A stretch of 64,000 bases of DNA, from positions 25,955 to 89,954 of the forward strand of contig CAMTVM010000019.1 of NCBI GenBank assembly GCA_947085195.1, given 5' to 3'. Under the pieces are notes generated by a model. The model was given only the letters and a program-made list of their open reading frames with translations. It was not told the origin of the DNA and searched no databases. This document shows, in pieces, positions 55,150-64,000 of this stretch. Position 1 is the first letter of the stretch; each line of letters begins with the position of its first letter. Both the position numbers and the translations under genes were made by a program. This stretch comes from an uncultured Chloroflexota bacterium. Lineage in GTDB: Bacteria > Chloroflexota > Limnocylindria > Limnocylindrales > CSP1-4.

Positions 55150-57435
55150 TTGGCCGTCCGTCTCCAGCTGAAGCTCGGCGCCGTCACGGAGCAGGATCGG
55201 CTTCCCGATTCGCCCGACACGGTGGTCGTGGTGGAGCCGTCCGTCGGATCCGTGGGACGCACGAAGGGCAACCTGTACCTGCTCGTGACGTCGCGGGTCG
55301 CGGGCGCCCGGGCCCGGGAGGCCACCCGCGTCGTCGCCGACACCATCCGCAACGAGTACTACTACGACGAGTCGGCGGGCATCCGCCAGTGCCTCACCAA
55401 GGTGCTCGGCATCGCCAACAAGCGGCTCGCCCACCAGCGGGACCGGTATGGCCTGGGGCACCAGGCGGACGGCGCGGGCCCCGTCGGGGTGGCGGTGGCG
55501 GTGGTCCGCGGGCGCGAGCTTTACGTGGCGACCGTCGGCCCCGCCGAGGCCTATCTGATCCGCCAGGCCCGGCTGTCCACACTCCCGGACCCCAACGGGG
55601 ACCGCGGGCTCCCGGTCGCGGAACTGGAGCCGGAGGTCTGGCGCGGTGAGCTGTCCGTGGGCGACTCGCTCTGCCTCGTCTCGGCCAACGTGGTCGCCCG
55701 GATCGGGACGGACACGCTCAAGGACGCCCTGGTCACGCTCCACCCGCAGTCGGCGATCGAGCACCTGCATGCCCGGTTCGTAGCCGCGGAGGGGAGCGGC
55801 AGCGACGGCGCCTTCGCGTTCGAGGCGACCGAGGCAGGCGCCACCGTGAAGTCCCGCACGCTGGTCCCGGTTCGTCCGGCGGAGCCCCTTGCCGGCGCGC
55901 CGGACCGCTCCCCGATTCCCCTCGCCGATTCGGTCACCGCGGGCGCCGCGGCGCTGGGTGTCGGTGCTGCACGGGCCAGGGACGCCGCCGGCAACGGGTT
56001 CCAGCGCTTCGTCTGGGGCATCCAGGACCGGCTGCCGCACCGCCGGCCCGGCAACCGACGCGTGAGCACCGCCTCCTCGCGCATGGAGACCCAGCGCCGC
56101 GCCGCCGTCGCCCTGCTCGCGTTCGTCGCGGTCGGCGGGGCGCTGGCGTTTGGCGTCTATGCCGTCGGCGGACAGCGCCAGCCAACGGAGGCCATCAAGT
56201 CGATCACCGCAGCCCAGCAGGCGTACGACGCGGCTGCCAAGGCGCTCAGCGCGGTCAGCGGGCCCGGGGTCGACCTGGTCAGCGACGACCCGAAGCGGGC
56301 GCTTGAGCTGCTCACGATCGCCTACGACGAGTTGGAGAAGGCCGAGAAGGCCGGCTACCCGCTGTCCCAGATCATTCCCCTCCGGCGGACCGCGTCGGAG
56401 GGCCTGGACCGCCTGTACGGCGTCGTGAACGTGACGAGCACCACCCTGTTCTCGTTCCCGGAGGGCGAGACGCCGGTCGCGCTCGACGGCCTGGTCCTGG
56501 GCTCGGACGGCGCGCCGTACGTCCTGGACACCGCGGCCAGGACCGTCTGGCGCATCGACCTCGCCGCGAAGACGGCGAAGGCGGTCGCGAAGACCGGCCA
56601 GAAGGCCTCCGGCACGCTGGTTGCCGACCCTAAGCTCATCACCACCGGCGGCCCGGACGTCCTGATCCTGGACTCGAAGAACGTGCTCTGGCGATGGCGC
56701 CCGGCTGACAGCAGGGGCAAGGGCACGCTCGTCCGCATCAAAGTCGTCGAGTCTGCCTCCTGGGGCGACGACGTCCGCGACATCGCCACCTTCGTCGCCA
56801 ACTTCGACGCCGCCTTCTACAAGCTCTACATCGTCGACCCGTCGGAACAGAACATCATGGTTCTGTCGCCGGCCAACGACGGTTCCGGCTACCCGGTCAA
56901 GCCCACCCGCCGGCTGCCCACGGATCGCCCGGTTGACGGAATGACGGACGTGCTCATCGACGGCGACATCTACGTGGCGGAGAACGGGGAGGTGGCCCGC
57001 GCGATCCCGGCCAGCGGCTGGAACGCGGAGCCGCCCGGGGACATCCGGCTGCGCCCGACGTCGACCTACACGCTGCTGGCCTCGCCGAACCGCGCGGACG
57101 GGTCGTCCAGCCGCCGGAAGGGCCTGCTGTACGCCTTCGACGCCACCAACCACCGGATCGTCGCGTTCAACAAGGCGGACGGCGCGTATGTCGCCCAGTA
57201 CCGCCTTGCGGGCGACGACCGGGCCTGGGCCGGGCTGAAGGGCATGACGGTGACGGTGCCGCCCGTCGAGACGGCCCCCGCCGTGCTCTGGTGGATCTCC
57301 GCCACCGGGCTCCACAGCGCACCCCTCGAAGCAGCCCCGGACGGGTCGTCCGCCTCGCCGTCCCCGTCGGCGTCGGCCGAGGCCTCGGCGGCACCCACCA
57401 AGGCTCCAAAGCCCACCCGGACACCGAAGCCGTGA
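55150..57435 (+). CDS. Single-pass membrane protein: degenerate PP2C-like domain, TM, beta-propeller-like domain
   Basis: TTG start with GAGGA RBS; LYVATVGPAEAYLIR, GDSLCLVS; TM AAVALLAFVAVGGALAFGVYAVGG; YVLD/LILD/YIVDP/YAFD blade-like repeats; S/P-rich tail. Confidence 0.7.
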   Translation: MAVRLQLKLGAVTEQDRLPDSPDTVVVVEPSVGSVGRTKGNLYLLVTSRVAGARAREATRVVADTIRNEYYYDESAGIRQCLTKVLGIANKRLAHQRDRYGLGHQADGAGPVGVAVAVVRGRELYVATVGPAEAYLIRQARLSTLPDPNGDRGLPVAELEPEVWRGELSVGDSLCLVSANVVARIGTDTLKDALVTLHPQSAIEHLHARFVAAEGSGSDGAFAFEATEAGATVKSRTLVPVRPAEPLAGAPDRSPIPLADSVTAGAAALGVGAARARDAAGNGFQRFVWGIQDRLPHRRPGNRRVSTASSRMETQRRAAVALLAFVAVGGALAFGVYAVGGQRQPTEAIKSITAAQQAYDAAAKALSAVSGPGVDLVSDDPKRALELLTIAYDELEKAEKAGYPLSQIIPLRRTASEGLDRLYGVVNVTSTTLFSFPEGETPVALDGLVLGSDGAPYVLDTAARTVWRIDLAAKTAKAVAKTGQKASGTLVADPKLITTGGPDVLILDSKNVLWRWRPADSRGKGTLVRIKVVESASWGDDVRDIATFVANFDAAFYKLYIVDPSEQNIMVLSPANDGSGYPVKPTRRLPTDRPVDGMTDVLIDGDIYVAENGEVARAIPASGWNAEPPGDIRLRPTSTYTLLASPNRADGSSSRRKGLLYAFDATNHRIVAFNKADGAYVAQYRLAGDDRAWAGLKGMTVTVPPVETAPAVLWWISATGLHSAPLEAAPDGSSASPSPSASAEASAAPTKAPKPTRTPKP

Positions 57436-57466
57436 TCCGGGGCCAGTCGCGGCCGACGCCCCGCCG

Positions 57467-58165
57467 GTGATCCCGCTCCGCGACGCGAACCCCACCCGGC
57501 GGGCGCCGGTCGTGACGCTGGCCCTCATCGCGCTCTGTTCGGGCGTGTTTGGAGGACAGCTGCTGGTGCTCGCCCAGGGCGGTATCGCGGGGCTGGAGCA
57601 GCTGGTGGACACTCGCGGCTCCGTGCCCGAGGACCTCGTGGCAGCACTCGGCCGCGGCGAACTCCTGTCCGAGCCGGTGCTGGACGTGTTCACCGGCATG
57701 TTCCTGCACGGGAGCTGGATGCACCTGCTGGGCAACATCCTGTTCCTGTGGATCTTCGGGAACGCCGTGGAGAACCGGATGGGCCGCGCCCGGTTCCTGC
57801 TCGTCTATCTCGTCGGCGGCATCGCGGCCGATGCCGCCCAGGTCCTCTCGGATCCAGGCTCCGCGATCCCGATCATCGGCGCGTCCGGTGCGATCTCCGC
57901 GGTGCTGGGCGGGTACCTGGTGCTGTTCCCGCGGGCGCGGATCCAGTCGCTGGTCTTCCTGGGTTTCTTCTACCAGCTGATCGCGGTCCCGGCGGTGATC
58001 GTGCTCGGGTTCTGGTTCCTGCTCCAGGTGGTGGACGGGATCGGGTCGCTGGGCGCGACCTCGACCGTCAACGGGGGCGTGGCGGTCTTCGCCCACATCG
58101 GCGGGTTCGTGGCCGGGGTCCTGCTCGCCCTGCCGTACCGGCGCCGCGCCCGGACCGTGGGATAA
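57467..58165 (+). CDS. Rhomboid intramembrane serine protease
   Basis: MIPLRDANP, FLHGSWMHLLGN, GASGA, AHIGG. Confidence 0.92.
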   Translation: MIPLRDANPTRRAPVVTLALIALCSGVFGGQLLVLAQGGIAGLEQLVDTRGSVPEDLVAALGRGELLSEPVLDVFTGMFLHGSWMHLLGNILFLWIFGNAVENRMGRARFLLVYLVGGIAADAAQVLSDPGSAIPIIGASGAISAVLGGYLVLFPRARIQSLVFLGFFYQLIAVPAVIVLGFWFLLQVVDGIGSLGATSTVNGGVAVFAHIGGFVAGVLLALPYRRRARTVG

Positions 58166-58172
58166 TCCCCCC

Positions 58173-58748
58173 ATGGCCGAGGACCGCGCGCACGCCATCG
58201 CCATGATCGTCGAGAGCGTGCGCGTGCACATGCCGACGGGCCGCCACGTCCTGCTGCTCAAGGAGATCGGGCTTGGGCGGATCCTGCCGATCTGGATCGG
58301 CCCCTGGGAGGCGAGCGCCATCGCCGCGCACCTCGCGGGCGTGGAGCCGGAGCGGCCCCTCACGCACGACTTGTTCGCGCGGGTCCTGCTCGATACGGGG
58401 GTGCGCCTGGACCGCATCCTGATCTCCCGTCTCGCCGAGGAGACCTTTCACGCGCAGCTGGTGCTGGTGACCACCGACGCCCGCTACGAGGTGGATGCGA
58501 GACCCTCGGACGCCATCGCGCTGGCGGTCCGCCTGGGCGCTCCGATCTACGCGGCGGGCGACGTGCTGGACCGCGCCGCGGCATCGCCCGATGGGGCGGA
58601 GGGTGCCGACGAGGACGAGACGGGTGCTTCCGCCGGGCCACTCGAGACGACCGGCGAGCCCGTCGACGCAACGCGCCTGGGCATCTTCCGGGAGTTCGTG
58701 AACTCGCTGGATCCCGAGGGGGACGCCCGCGGCGGCTCGCAGCGCTGA
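58173..58748 (+). CDS. Bifunctional nuclease (DUF151/BFN) family protein
   Basis: LPIWIGPWEA, RPLTHDL, DARPSDAIALA. Confidence 0.9.
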   Translation: MAEDRAHAIAMIVESVRVHMPTGRHVLLLKEIGLGRILPIWIGPWEASAIAAHLAGVEPERPLTHDLFARVLLDTGVRLDRILISRLAEETFHAQLVLVTTDARYEVDARPSDAIALAVRLGAPIYAAGDVLDRAAASPDGAEGADEDETGASAGPLETTGEPVDATRLGIFREFVNSLDPEGDARGGSQR

Positions 58749-58769
58749 CGGAGGTGCAGACGCCGCAGG

Positions 58770-59558
58770 CTACTCGCCCAGGATCGGCCGCCCCCGCTTC
58801 ATCGCCAGCGACCGGTTTGCCCACAGCCGCAGCCGCAGGGCCCAGAAGTCCTTCACCGCGAGCCAGATGACCGACGGCCTGGCACCCGTGGGCGAGCCCG
58901 CGGTCCGCGCATAGTGCGGCACCCCGACTTCCACGATGGTGCGGTCCGCCTTGAGGATCTTGACCAGGAGCTCCGCCGAGAAGAACGCGCCGGCGGACTC
59001 CACGCGGATGCCGGCCAGGGCCTCCCGGCGGAACAGCTTGCAGGCGCAGTCCACGTCCCGGACGCGCAGGCCGAAGAAGATCCGGTTCGCCAGCTTGTAG
59101 GTCCGGGCGTAGAGGATCCGGATGATCGGGTCCGCTCGCCTGATCCGGTAGCCTGCGACGACGTCGGGGTGGTCACCCCCCGCCATGCGGGCCGTGAGCC
59201 GGCCGAGGTCCGCGACCCGGAACTGGCGGTCGCCGTCGGTGAAGCACAGGAGCTCGTAGCGCGCGGCCTCGAAGCCCGACCGGAGCGCGCCGCCGTAGCC
59301 GCGGTTGACGTCGTGGTGGACGACCCGCACGACGTCCGGGTGGGCGGCCGCGAGACGGTCCGCGATCTCCCGGGTCCGGTCCTTCGAGCCGTCGTTGACG
59401 GCGATGATCTCGAAGGTCTCGGCGATCGACGGCAGGGTCGCCAAGGCCTCCTCCACGAGCCCCTGGAGGTTGGCCTCCTCGTTGTGGGCGGGAAAGAAGT
59501 ACGACAGGCGGGCCACCCGGACGGGCGCTCCGGCCCCGGCGGCGTCGGCGATGGTCAC
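58770..59558 (-). CDS. GT2 glycosyltransferase, polyprenol-phosphate sugar synthase-like
   Basis: PAHNEE, VNDGSKD, NRGYGGALRSGF, TDGDRQF, DVDCACKLFRR. Confidence 0.88.
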   Translation of the reverse strand: MTIADAAGAGAPVRVARLSYFFPAHNEEANLQGLVEEALATLPSIAETFEIIAVNDGSKDRTREIADRLAAAHPDVVRVVHHDVNRGYGGALRSGFEAARYELLCFTDGDRQFRVADLGRLTARMAGGDHPDVVAGYRIRRADPIIRILYARTYKLANRIFFGLRVRDVDCACKLFRREALAGIRVESAGAFFSAELLVKILKADRTIVEVGVPHYARTAGSPTGARPSVIWLAVKDFWALRLRLWANRSLAMKRGRPILGE

Positions 59559-59634
59559 GGCTTCGTCTCCGGGCGGCCCGTCGCGCTGAAGGGGCTGATC
59601 GGGCGATCGACGGGCTCGATCGATCGGCGAGCGG

Positions 59635-61134
59635 CTACCAGCCAAGGATCTGGCCCCACGTGACGCCCCACAGGTTGATCGCCGCCCCGGCGACCAGGAG
59701 CGCCGCCGCCACGACGCGGAGGCGTCCGTCATCGCGGGCCGCGCCGAGCGCCACCAGCGGCAGCAGGAACGGGATGAAGTCCAGCGAGAACCGGTAGCCC
59801 CACTGGACCCAGCCCTGGCTGAAGTGCGCGAGGTTGAACATGGCGACGATGACGACGGCGGCCGTTGCGCCGATCGAGAGCCGGGCGAGCCCTCGCCGGC
59901 GGAACACCAGCAGCGCCAGCAGCAGGGCCGGAGCGCTCAGCAGGATGCTGGTCCCGATGTCGACCGGGATCACGAGCGGGCAGTCCGGGTTGAACAGCGA
60001 CCGTTCGACACCCAGCCCCGTGCACAGCGGCACCGGGTCGGAGAAGCCCAGGGTATCGGGCTTGACGTCCGGCGCGACCTCCGGCAGGGCGCCGAACATG
60101 ATCCCGACGTTCTGCGGGATGTAGCGCGCGTCCTCCACGGACCACTCCGGGTTGTAGCCCAGGGCCGGGTAGCCGTGGGCCTCCAGCTGGTACTGGTAGT
60201 CGTAGCCCGGGTGCAGCACCGAGCCGGTGGTGAGGAACGTGTACAGCAGCAGCGCGGCGACCGGCGGGAACCCGCCCACGGCCGCGGACACGGTGCGCCG
60301 GAGCCAGGACCCGCCGCCGCCCGTGAACACGAAGAACGGCGCCGCAAAGATCACCGGAAGGCGGGCGGTGACCGCCAGGCCCAGGACGAACCCGGCCAGG
60401 ATCTGCGAGCGATCGAGGGGCCACGCCGACCCGCGAATGCGGCCGAGGATCGAGCCCCCGAGGCCCCCCGCCTCGAGGCGAGGGGGCGGGCGATCGTCCT
60501 CCTGCCAGGGGTTCTCGTCGGCGGCCCGCGGGTCGTTGCGGAGCGCGATCCCCACGGCCACCAGCGCCAGGTCCACCGCGACCAGGTGGGCCAGGTACCA
60601 GGTACTCCCCACCGATGCCGCCCACCACCACACGGTGCCGGTGGCGAACATGATCGTGGCGGCGGCGCGCACCGACGGCCGGAACCGGAGCCCGCCGAGC
60701 ATCCACCAGGCGAGCGCCACGCCCAGCGCCGCGAGACCGATCGCGACCGCCTCCTGGTCCGTCGCCAGCCCGAACAGGGCCACGAACGGCACCAGGACCA
60801 GCGCCGGCAGCGGGGGGAACGGGAGGAGGGCGCGGCCGTCCAGGTTGCCGGCGGCATCGCGGAGCGGGAAGACGTCCTGGAGGTAGTCGTTCTGGGGCAG
60901 CAGCTCGCCCGGGCCGACCGGATACGGGAACCAGGCGCGGCCGTTCAGGAAGGCGTCCGCCTGCCACACGAAGTGGTTGTACTGGTTCCAGTGGACGGGG
61001 TTGGACCACCAGTAGATGAAGGCCGCACCGAACAGCAGCAGCACCCCGACGAGGATCGCCGTGGCACGCCCGGTCGCGGGTGCGGGGATGGGGGCCGCCC
61101 CGGGGCCCTCGGCTATACTCCGGTCCACCTTCAC
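59635..61134 (-). CDS. Polytopic membrane protein, probable GT-C glycosyltransferase
   Basis: QADAFLNG, PFPPLPALVLVPF, many TM segments, GWVQWGYRFSLDFIP; start uncertain. Confidence 0.65.
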   Translation of the reverse strand: MKVDRSIAEGPGAAPIPAPATGRATAILVGVLLLFGAAFIYWWSNPVHWNQYNHFVWQADAFLNGRAWFPYPVGPGELLPQNDYLQDVFPLRDAAGNLDGRALLPFPPLPALVLVPFVALFGLATDQEAVAIGLAALGVALAWWMLGGLRFRPSVRAAATIMFATGTVWWWAASVGSTWYLAHLVAVDLALVAVGIALRNDPRAADENPWQEDDRPPPRLEAGGLGGSILGRIRGSAWPLDRSQILAGFVLGLAVTARLPVIFAAPFFVFTGGGGSWLRRTVSAAVGGFPPVAALLLYTFLTTGSVLHPGYDYQYQLEAHGYPALGYNPEWSVEDARYIPQNVGIMFGALPEVAPDVKPDTLGFSDPVPLCTGLGVERSLFNPDCPLVIPVDIGTSILLSAPALLLALLVFRRRGLARLSIGATAAVVIVAMFNLAHFSQGWVQWGYRFSLDFIPFLLPLVALGAARDDGRLRVVAAALLVAGAAINLWGVTWGQILGW

Positions 61135-61153
61135 GCTGCGTAGGAGGCTCCCC

Positions 61154-64000
61154 GTGACCGCTCTGGGTTCGGGTATGCCCGACCGGGAGACGACGACGGA
61201 CGACGCCCCCCGGCGAGGCATCGGCCGGCAGATGGCCGCGATCATGCTGATCGGGCTGCTCTTCCGCCTGATCATGGCATACGCCTGGGAACCACTGCGG
61301 GGTTCCGGGTTCGGCAACGACCTGGACCTGTTCCGGCACTGGGCGAGCGAGCTCGCGAGGGTCGGCCCTCCGGGCTTCTACGAGAACGCCGGGTTCGCGG
61401 ACTACACCCCGGGCTACCTGTACGCGCTGTGGCTGGTCGGTGTCGCGGGGAACCTGGTCGGCGGGATCGGGGACCTGATCAAGCTGCCCGCGATCATCAC
61501 GGACGTCGCCCTCGGCTACGTGGTGTGGACGATGGCCCGCGAGCTGGGCGTCACCGATCGCCGGGCCACCATCGCGGCCGCCGTCGTCATCTTCAACCCG
61601 ATCACCTGGTTCGACTCGGTGATCTGGGGGCAGGTGGACAGCTTCGGCACCGTGTTCCTGCTGCTCGCGATCCGGGAGCTCTGGCGCGGCCGGAGCGAGC
61701 GTTCCGCGATCCTGGCCGTGGTCGCGGCGCTGATCAAGCCGCAGCTGGCGATCCTGGTGCCGATCGTCGCGGTGGTCACGATCCGCCGCGCCCTGTGGCC
61801 CGCCGGCGGCTGGGGCGACGAAGATGCGCCGGCCCCGCGAGGCTTCGGATGGGAGCGACGGGCCGCGGGCCCGATCCGGATCCTGACGACCGGCGCCGCC
61901 GGGTTCCTGACCGCGGTGGCGATGGCGGCGCCGTTCGGCCTGTCGGTCGTGTCGTTGTCCACGACGGCACCGTTCCTCGACTCCACCCTGGTGCGGCTGG
62001 TCATGAGCACCGCCGCCACCTACTCCTACGTGTCGGTCAATGCCTACAACGCCTGGGCGCTGTTCCCCGTGGACGGGGTGAGCCTGGCGAGCAGCGGCGG
62101 CTGGATCTTCGACGCGCCCGTCCCGGGCGCAACCAGCTGGGCAGCGGTCGGGCCGATCCCGGCGGCGCTGGTGGGAGCCTTCCTCCTGCTGGCCGTGGCC
62201 GCGATCACGTCCCTGGCCGTGGCGCGCCGGCCGGACCGGCTGACGATCCTGGTGGGCGTCTGCGTCCTGGCGCTGGCGTTCTTCGCAGCGCCGACGCGCG
62301 TTCACGAGCGGTACCTGTTCCCGTTCTTCGGCCTCGCCGCGATCCTGCTCGCGTTCTCGTGGCGCTGGCGCATCGCGTACGTCGCCGCCGGGATCGCGAC
62401 GTTCCTCAACATGTACGTCGTCCTGACCACCATCTACCCGGACAACCCCGGCGTGTCCGACTGGCTGGGCATCGGGCCGGCTATCCGCTCGTACTGGGGC
62501 GTGGCGTTCGTGGCGGCCCTGCATACGGGCGCGTTTGCGTGGGGTCTGCTGCAGTTGCGCGGCCGCGCGCGCAGATCCCTTGCCCAGGAGCTGGTGGACG
62601 GGAGTCAGGAGCCGGATGGACGCGCAGCCGACGAGCCGGCCCGGGTTGCCGCACCGCCCGGCGAGGCGCTCTCCGCCGCGGTGGCGACACCGGCCGTCCC
62701 CGCGGCCGCCCTCCAGCCCGCGCCACCCTCGCCGTCGGCGATCCCGTCGGCAGCGCCCACCGCGCCGCGCGCGCGCCGGGTCCCCGCCTGGTTCGACCGC
62801 CCCGGCTGGGGCGAGCTGGGCCCCATCGGCTGGCTCCGGTCCCGGATGCGCGAGACGCCCATCCGCCCCGACCGCTCGCGGGAGCTGGCCCGCGAGGGCG
62901 GTGGCCGTCTCGACCGTCTCGACCTCTGGATCCTGGTGGTCCTGGTGATCGCGTCCCTCGGCCTGCGGACGTTCCGGCTGGAGGAGCCCGCCCGGATGCA
63001 CTTCGACGAGGTCTACCACGCGCGCACCGCCACGGAGTTCCTCCAGGCGTGGCGCTACGGGATCTCGCACGACATCTACGAGTGGACCCATCCCCATCTC
63101 GCCAAGTACGCGATGGCCGGTGGCATCGTCGCCTTCGCGGGCCACGACGTCGCCGCCGCGAGCGATCTCGGGGTCCCGGTGCGCGACGCGGCCATCGAGC
63201 CGCGTCGCGCGGGTGCCCTGGGCGAGGCGGACCGGGCCGGCGACCGGGTCTGGATCGCCACCGGCTCCGAGCTCGTGGCCTTCGACCTGACCACGCGCAA
63301 GCTGGTCGCGCGCTGGTCCCTCCCGGGCGCCTCGGCCGTCGCCTTCGACGAGACCGGGTACCAGGTGTACGCGGGCACGGACGGCGGGGAGCTGCTCGCG
63401 ATCGACGCGACGGCCCTGGACCTGGCGGGCTGGACCGACCCGTCGGCGCCTCCGGCCGGCGCGGATCCCGTGACCACCCTGGACGGCCCGATCCGCCGGC
63501 TGGTTCCGTTCGACGGAGGGCAGCGCCTCGCTGCCCTCCTGCCCGGCGACACCGTGGCGATCGTGGATCCCGCCGCGGGGGACGCGACTGCCACGGTGTC
63601 GGTCGTCATCGCCGGGACGGCCGACCTCGCCGCCGGGGATGTCGCGACTGTCCTGGCGACGCCCGCGGAAGCGACCGACCCCTCGGTCGTCGCCGGCGAA
63701 CTCGCGACGATCTCGGGCACCACTCCGGACACGTTCCTCGAGGTCCTCGCGGCAGACGCCGAGACCGTCACGCTGGACATCGCCTGGACCGAGGACGTCC
63801 GCCGCGACCTCAAGACGGCCATGGACGACGGGCGCCTGCCCGGGATCCGGATCGAGACGACGCAGGTGCTGGTGGTCTCCGGCGCCGCCGGGATCACCTT
63901 CCTGACACCGGAGGGGACGCGCGCCGGGTCGGTCGCGCTCGACGGCGGAGCGACGTCCGCGGCCCTGGTCAGGGGCGTGGAGGACGGCACGCAGCTCTAC
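61154..64000 (+). CDS. Large GT-C fusion: ALG6/PIG-M-like domain plus protein O-mannosyltransferase-like domain, 3'-truncated (absent from ORF track)
   Basis: AGGAGG RBS then GTG; DYTPGYLY, NP...WGQVDS, IKPQ, HERYLFP; in-frame FDEVYH and HPHLAK from 63002; runs off the window. Confidence 0.85.
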   Translation, partial: MTALGSGMPDRETTTDDAPRRGIGRQMAAIMLIGLLFRLIMAYAWEPLRGSGFGNDLDLFRHWASELARVGPPGFYENAGFADYTPGYLYALWLVGVAGNLVGGIGDLIKLPAIITDVALGYVVWTMARELGVTDRRATIAAAVVIFNPITWFDSVIWGQVDSFGTVFLLLAIRELWRGRSERSAILAVVAALIKPQLAILVPIVAVVTIRRALWPAGGWGDEDAPAPRGFGWERRAAGPIRILTTGAAGFLTAVAMAAPFGLSVVSLSTTAPFLDSTLVRLVMSTAATYSYVSVNAYNAWALFPVDGVSLASSGGWIFDAPVPGATSWAAVGPIPAALVGAFLLLAVAAITSLAVARRPDRLTILVGVCVLALAFFAAPTRVHERYLFPFFGLAAILLAFSWRWRIAYVAAGIATFLNMYVVLTTIYPDNPGVSDWLGIGPAIRSYWGVAFVAALHTGAFAWGLLQLRGRARRSLAQELVDGSQEPDGRAADEPARVAAPPGEALSAAVATPAVPAAALQPAPPSPSAIPSAAPTAPRARRVPAWFDRPGWGELGPIGWLRSRMRETPIRPDRSRELAREGGGRLDRLDLWILVVLVIASLGLRTFRLEEPARMHFDEVYHARTATEFLQAWRYGISHDIYEWTHPHLAKYAMAGGIVAFAGHDVAAASDLGVPVRDAAIEPRRAGALGEADRAGDRVWIATGSELVAFDLTTRKLVARWSLPGASAVAFDETGYQVYAGTDGGELLAIDATALDLAGWTDPSAPPAGADPVTTLDGPIRRLVPFDGGQRLAALLPGDTVAIVDPAAGDATATVSVVIAGTADLAAGDVATVLATPAEATDPSVVAGELATISGTTPDTFLEVLAADAETVTLDIAWTEDVRRDLKTAMDDGRLPGIRIETTQVLVVSGAAGITFLTPEGTRAGSVALDGGATSAALVRGVEDGTQLY

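Overview
High-GC bacterial chromosome segment spanning the replication origin. The lineage is most likely Chloroflexota; this is an inference from the DnaA/DnaN N-termini and gene order, not a database result. It is mostly core housekeeping: rplU-rpmA-rpmE; mreD-mrdA-rodA; two parS sites followed by parA-parB-gyrB-(thioesterase, AlkD-like)-gyrA-prs; secA; prfB with the CTT-TGA-C +1 frameshift; ftsEX-S41 protease; smpB and tmRNA; rpmH-rnpA-yidD-yidC-jag; dnaA-oriC-dnaN-recF-dciA; and a glycosyltransferase cluster at the right end. No integrase, transposase, CRISPR array, rRNA or tRNA was seen. The most unusual signals concern translation control. (1) Upstream of smpB is a promoter-driven ~135-nt structured RNA whose perfect Shine-Dalgarno and start codon are locked in a hairpin, encoding a 16-aa peptide ending in an ssrA-tag-like -IAA. 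smpB itself appears to start at AUC. (2) An uncalled 74-aa, 8-Cys peptide with two CxxxCxxC motifs is coupled to prfB. (3) Several genes seem to start at CUG codons overlapping the upstream stop. Also notable are an orphan islet at the tmRNA 3' end, a pseudo-PP2C/TM/beta-propeller protein next to a rhomboid protease, a double GT-C fusion, and an internally deleted urease relic. All calls are by eye from motifs; no searches or folding programs were run.
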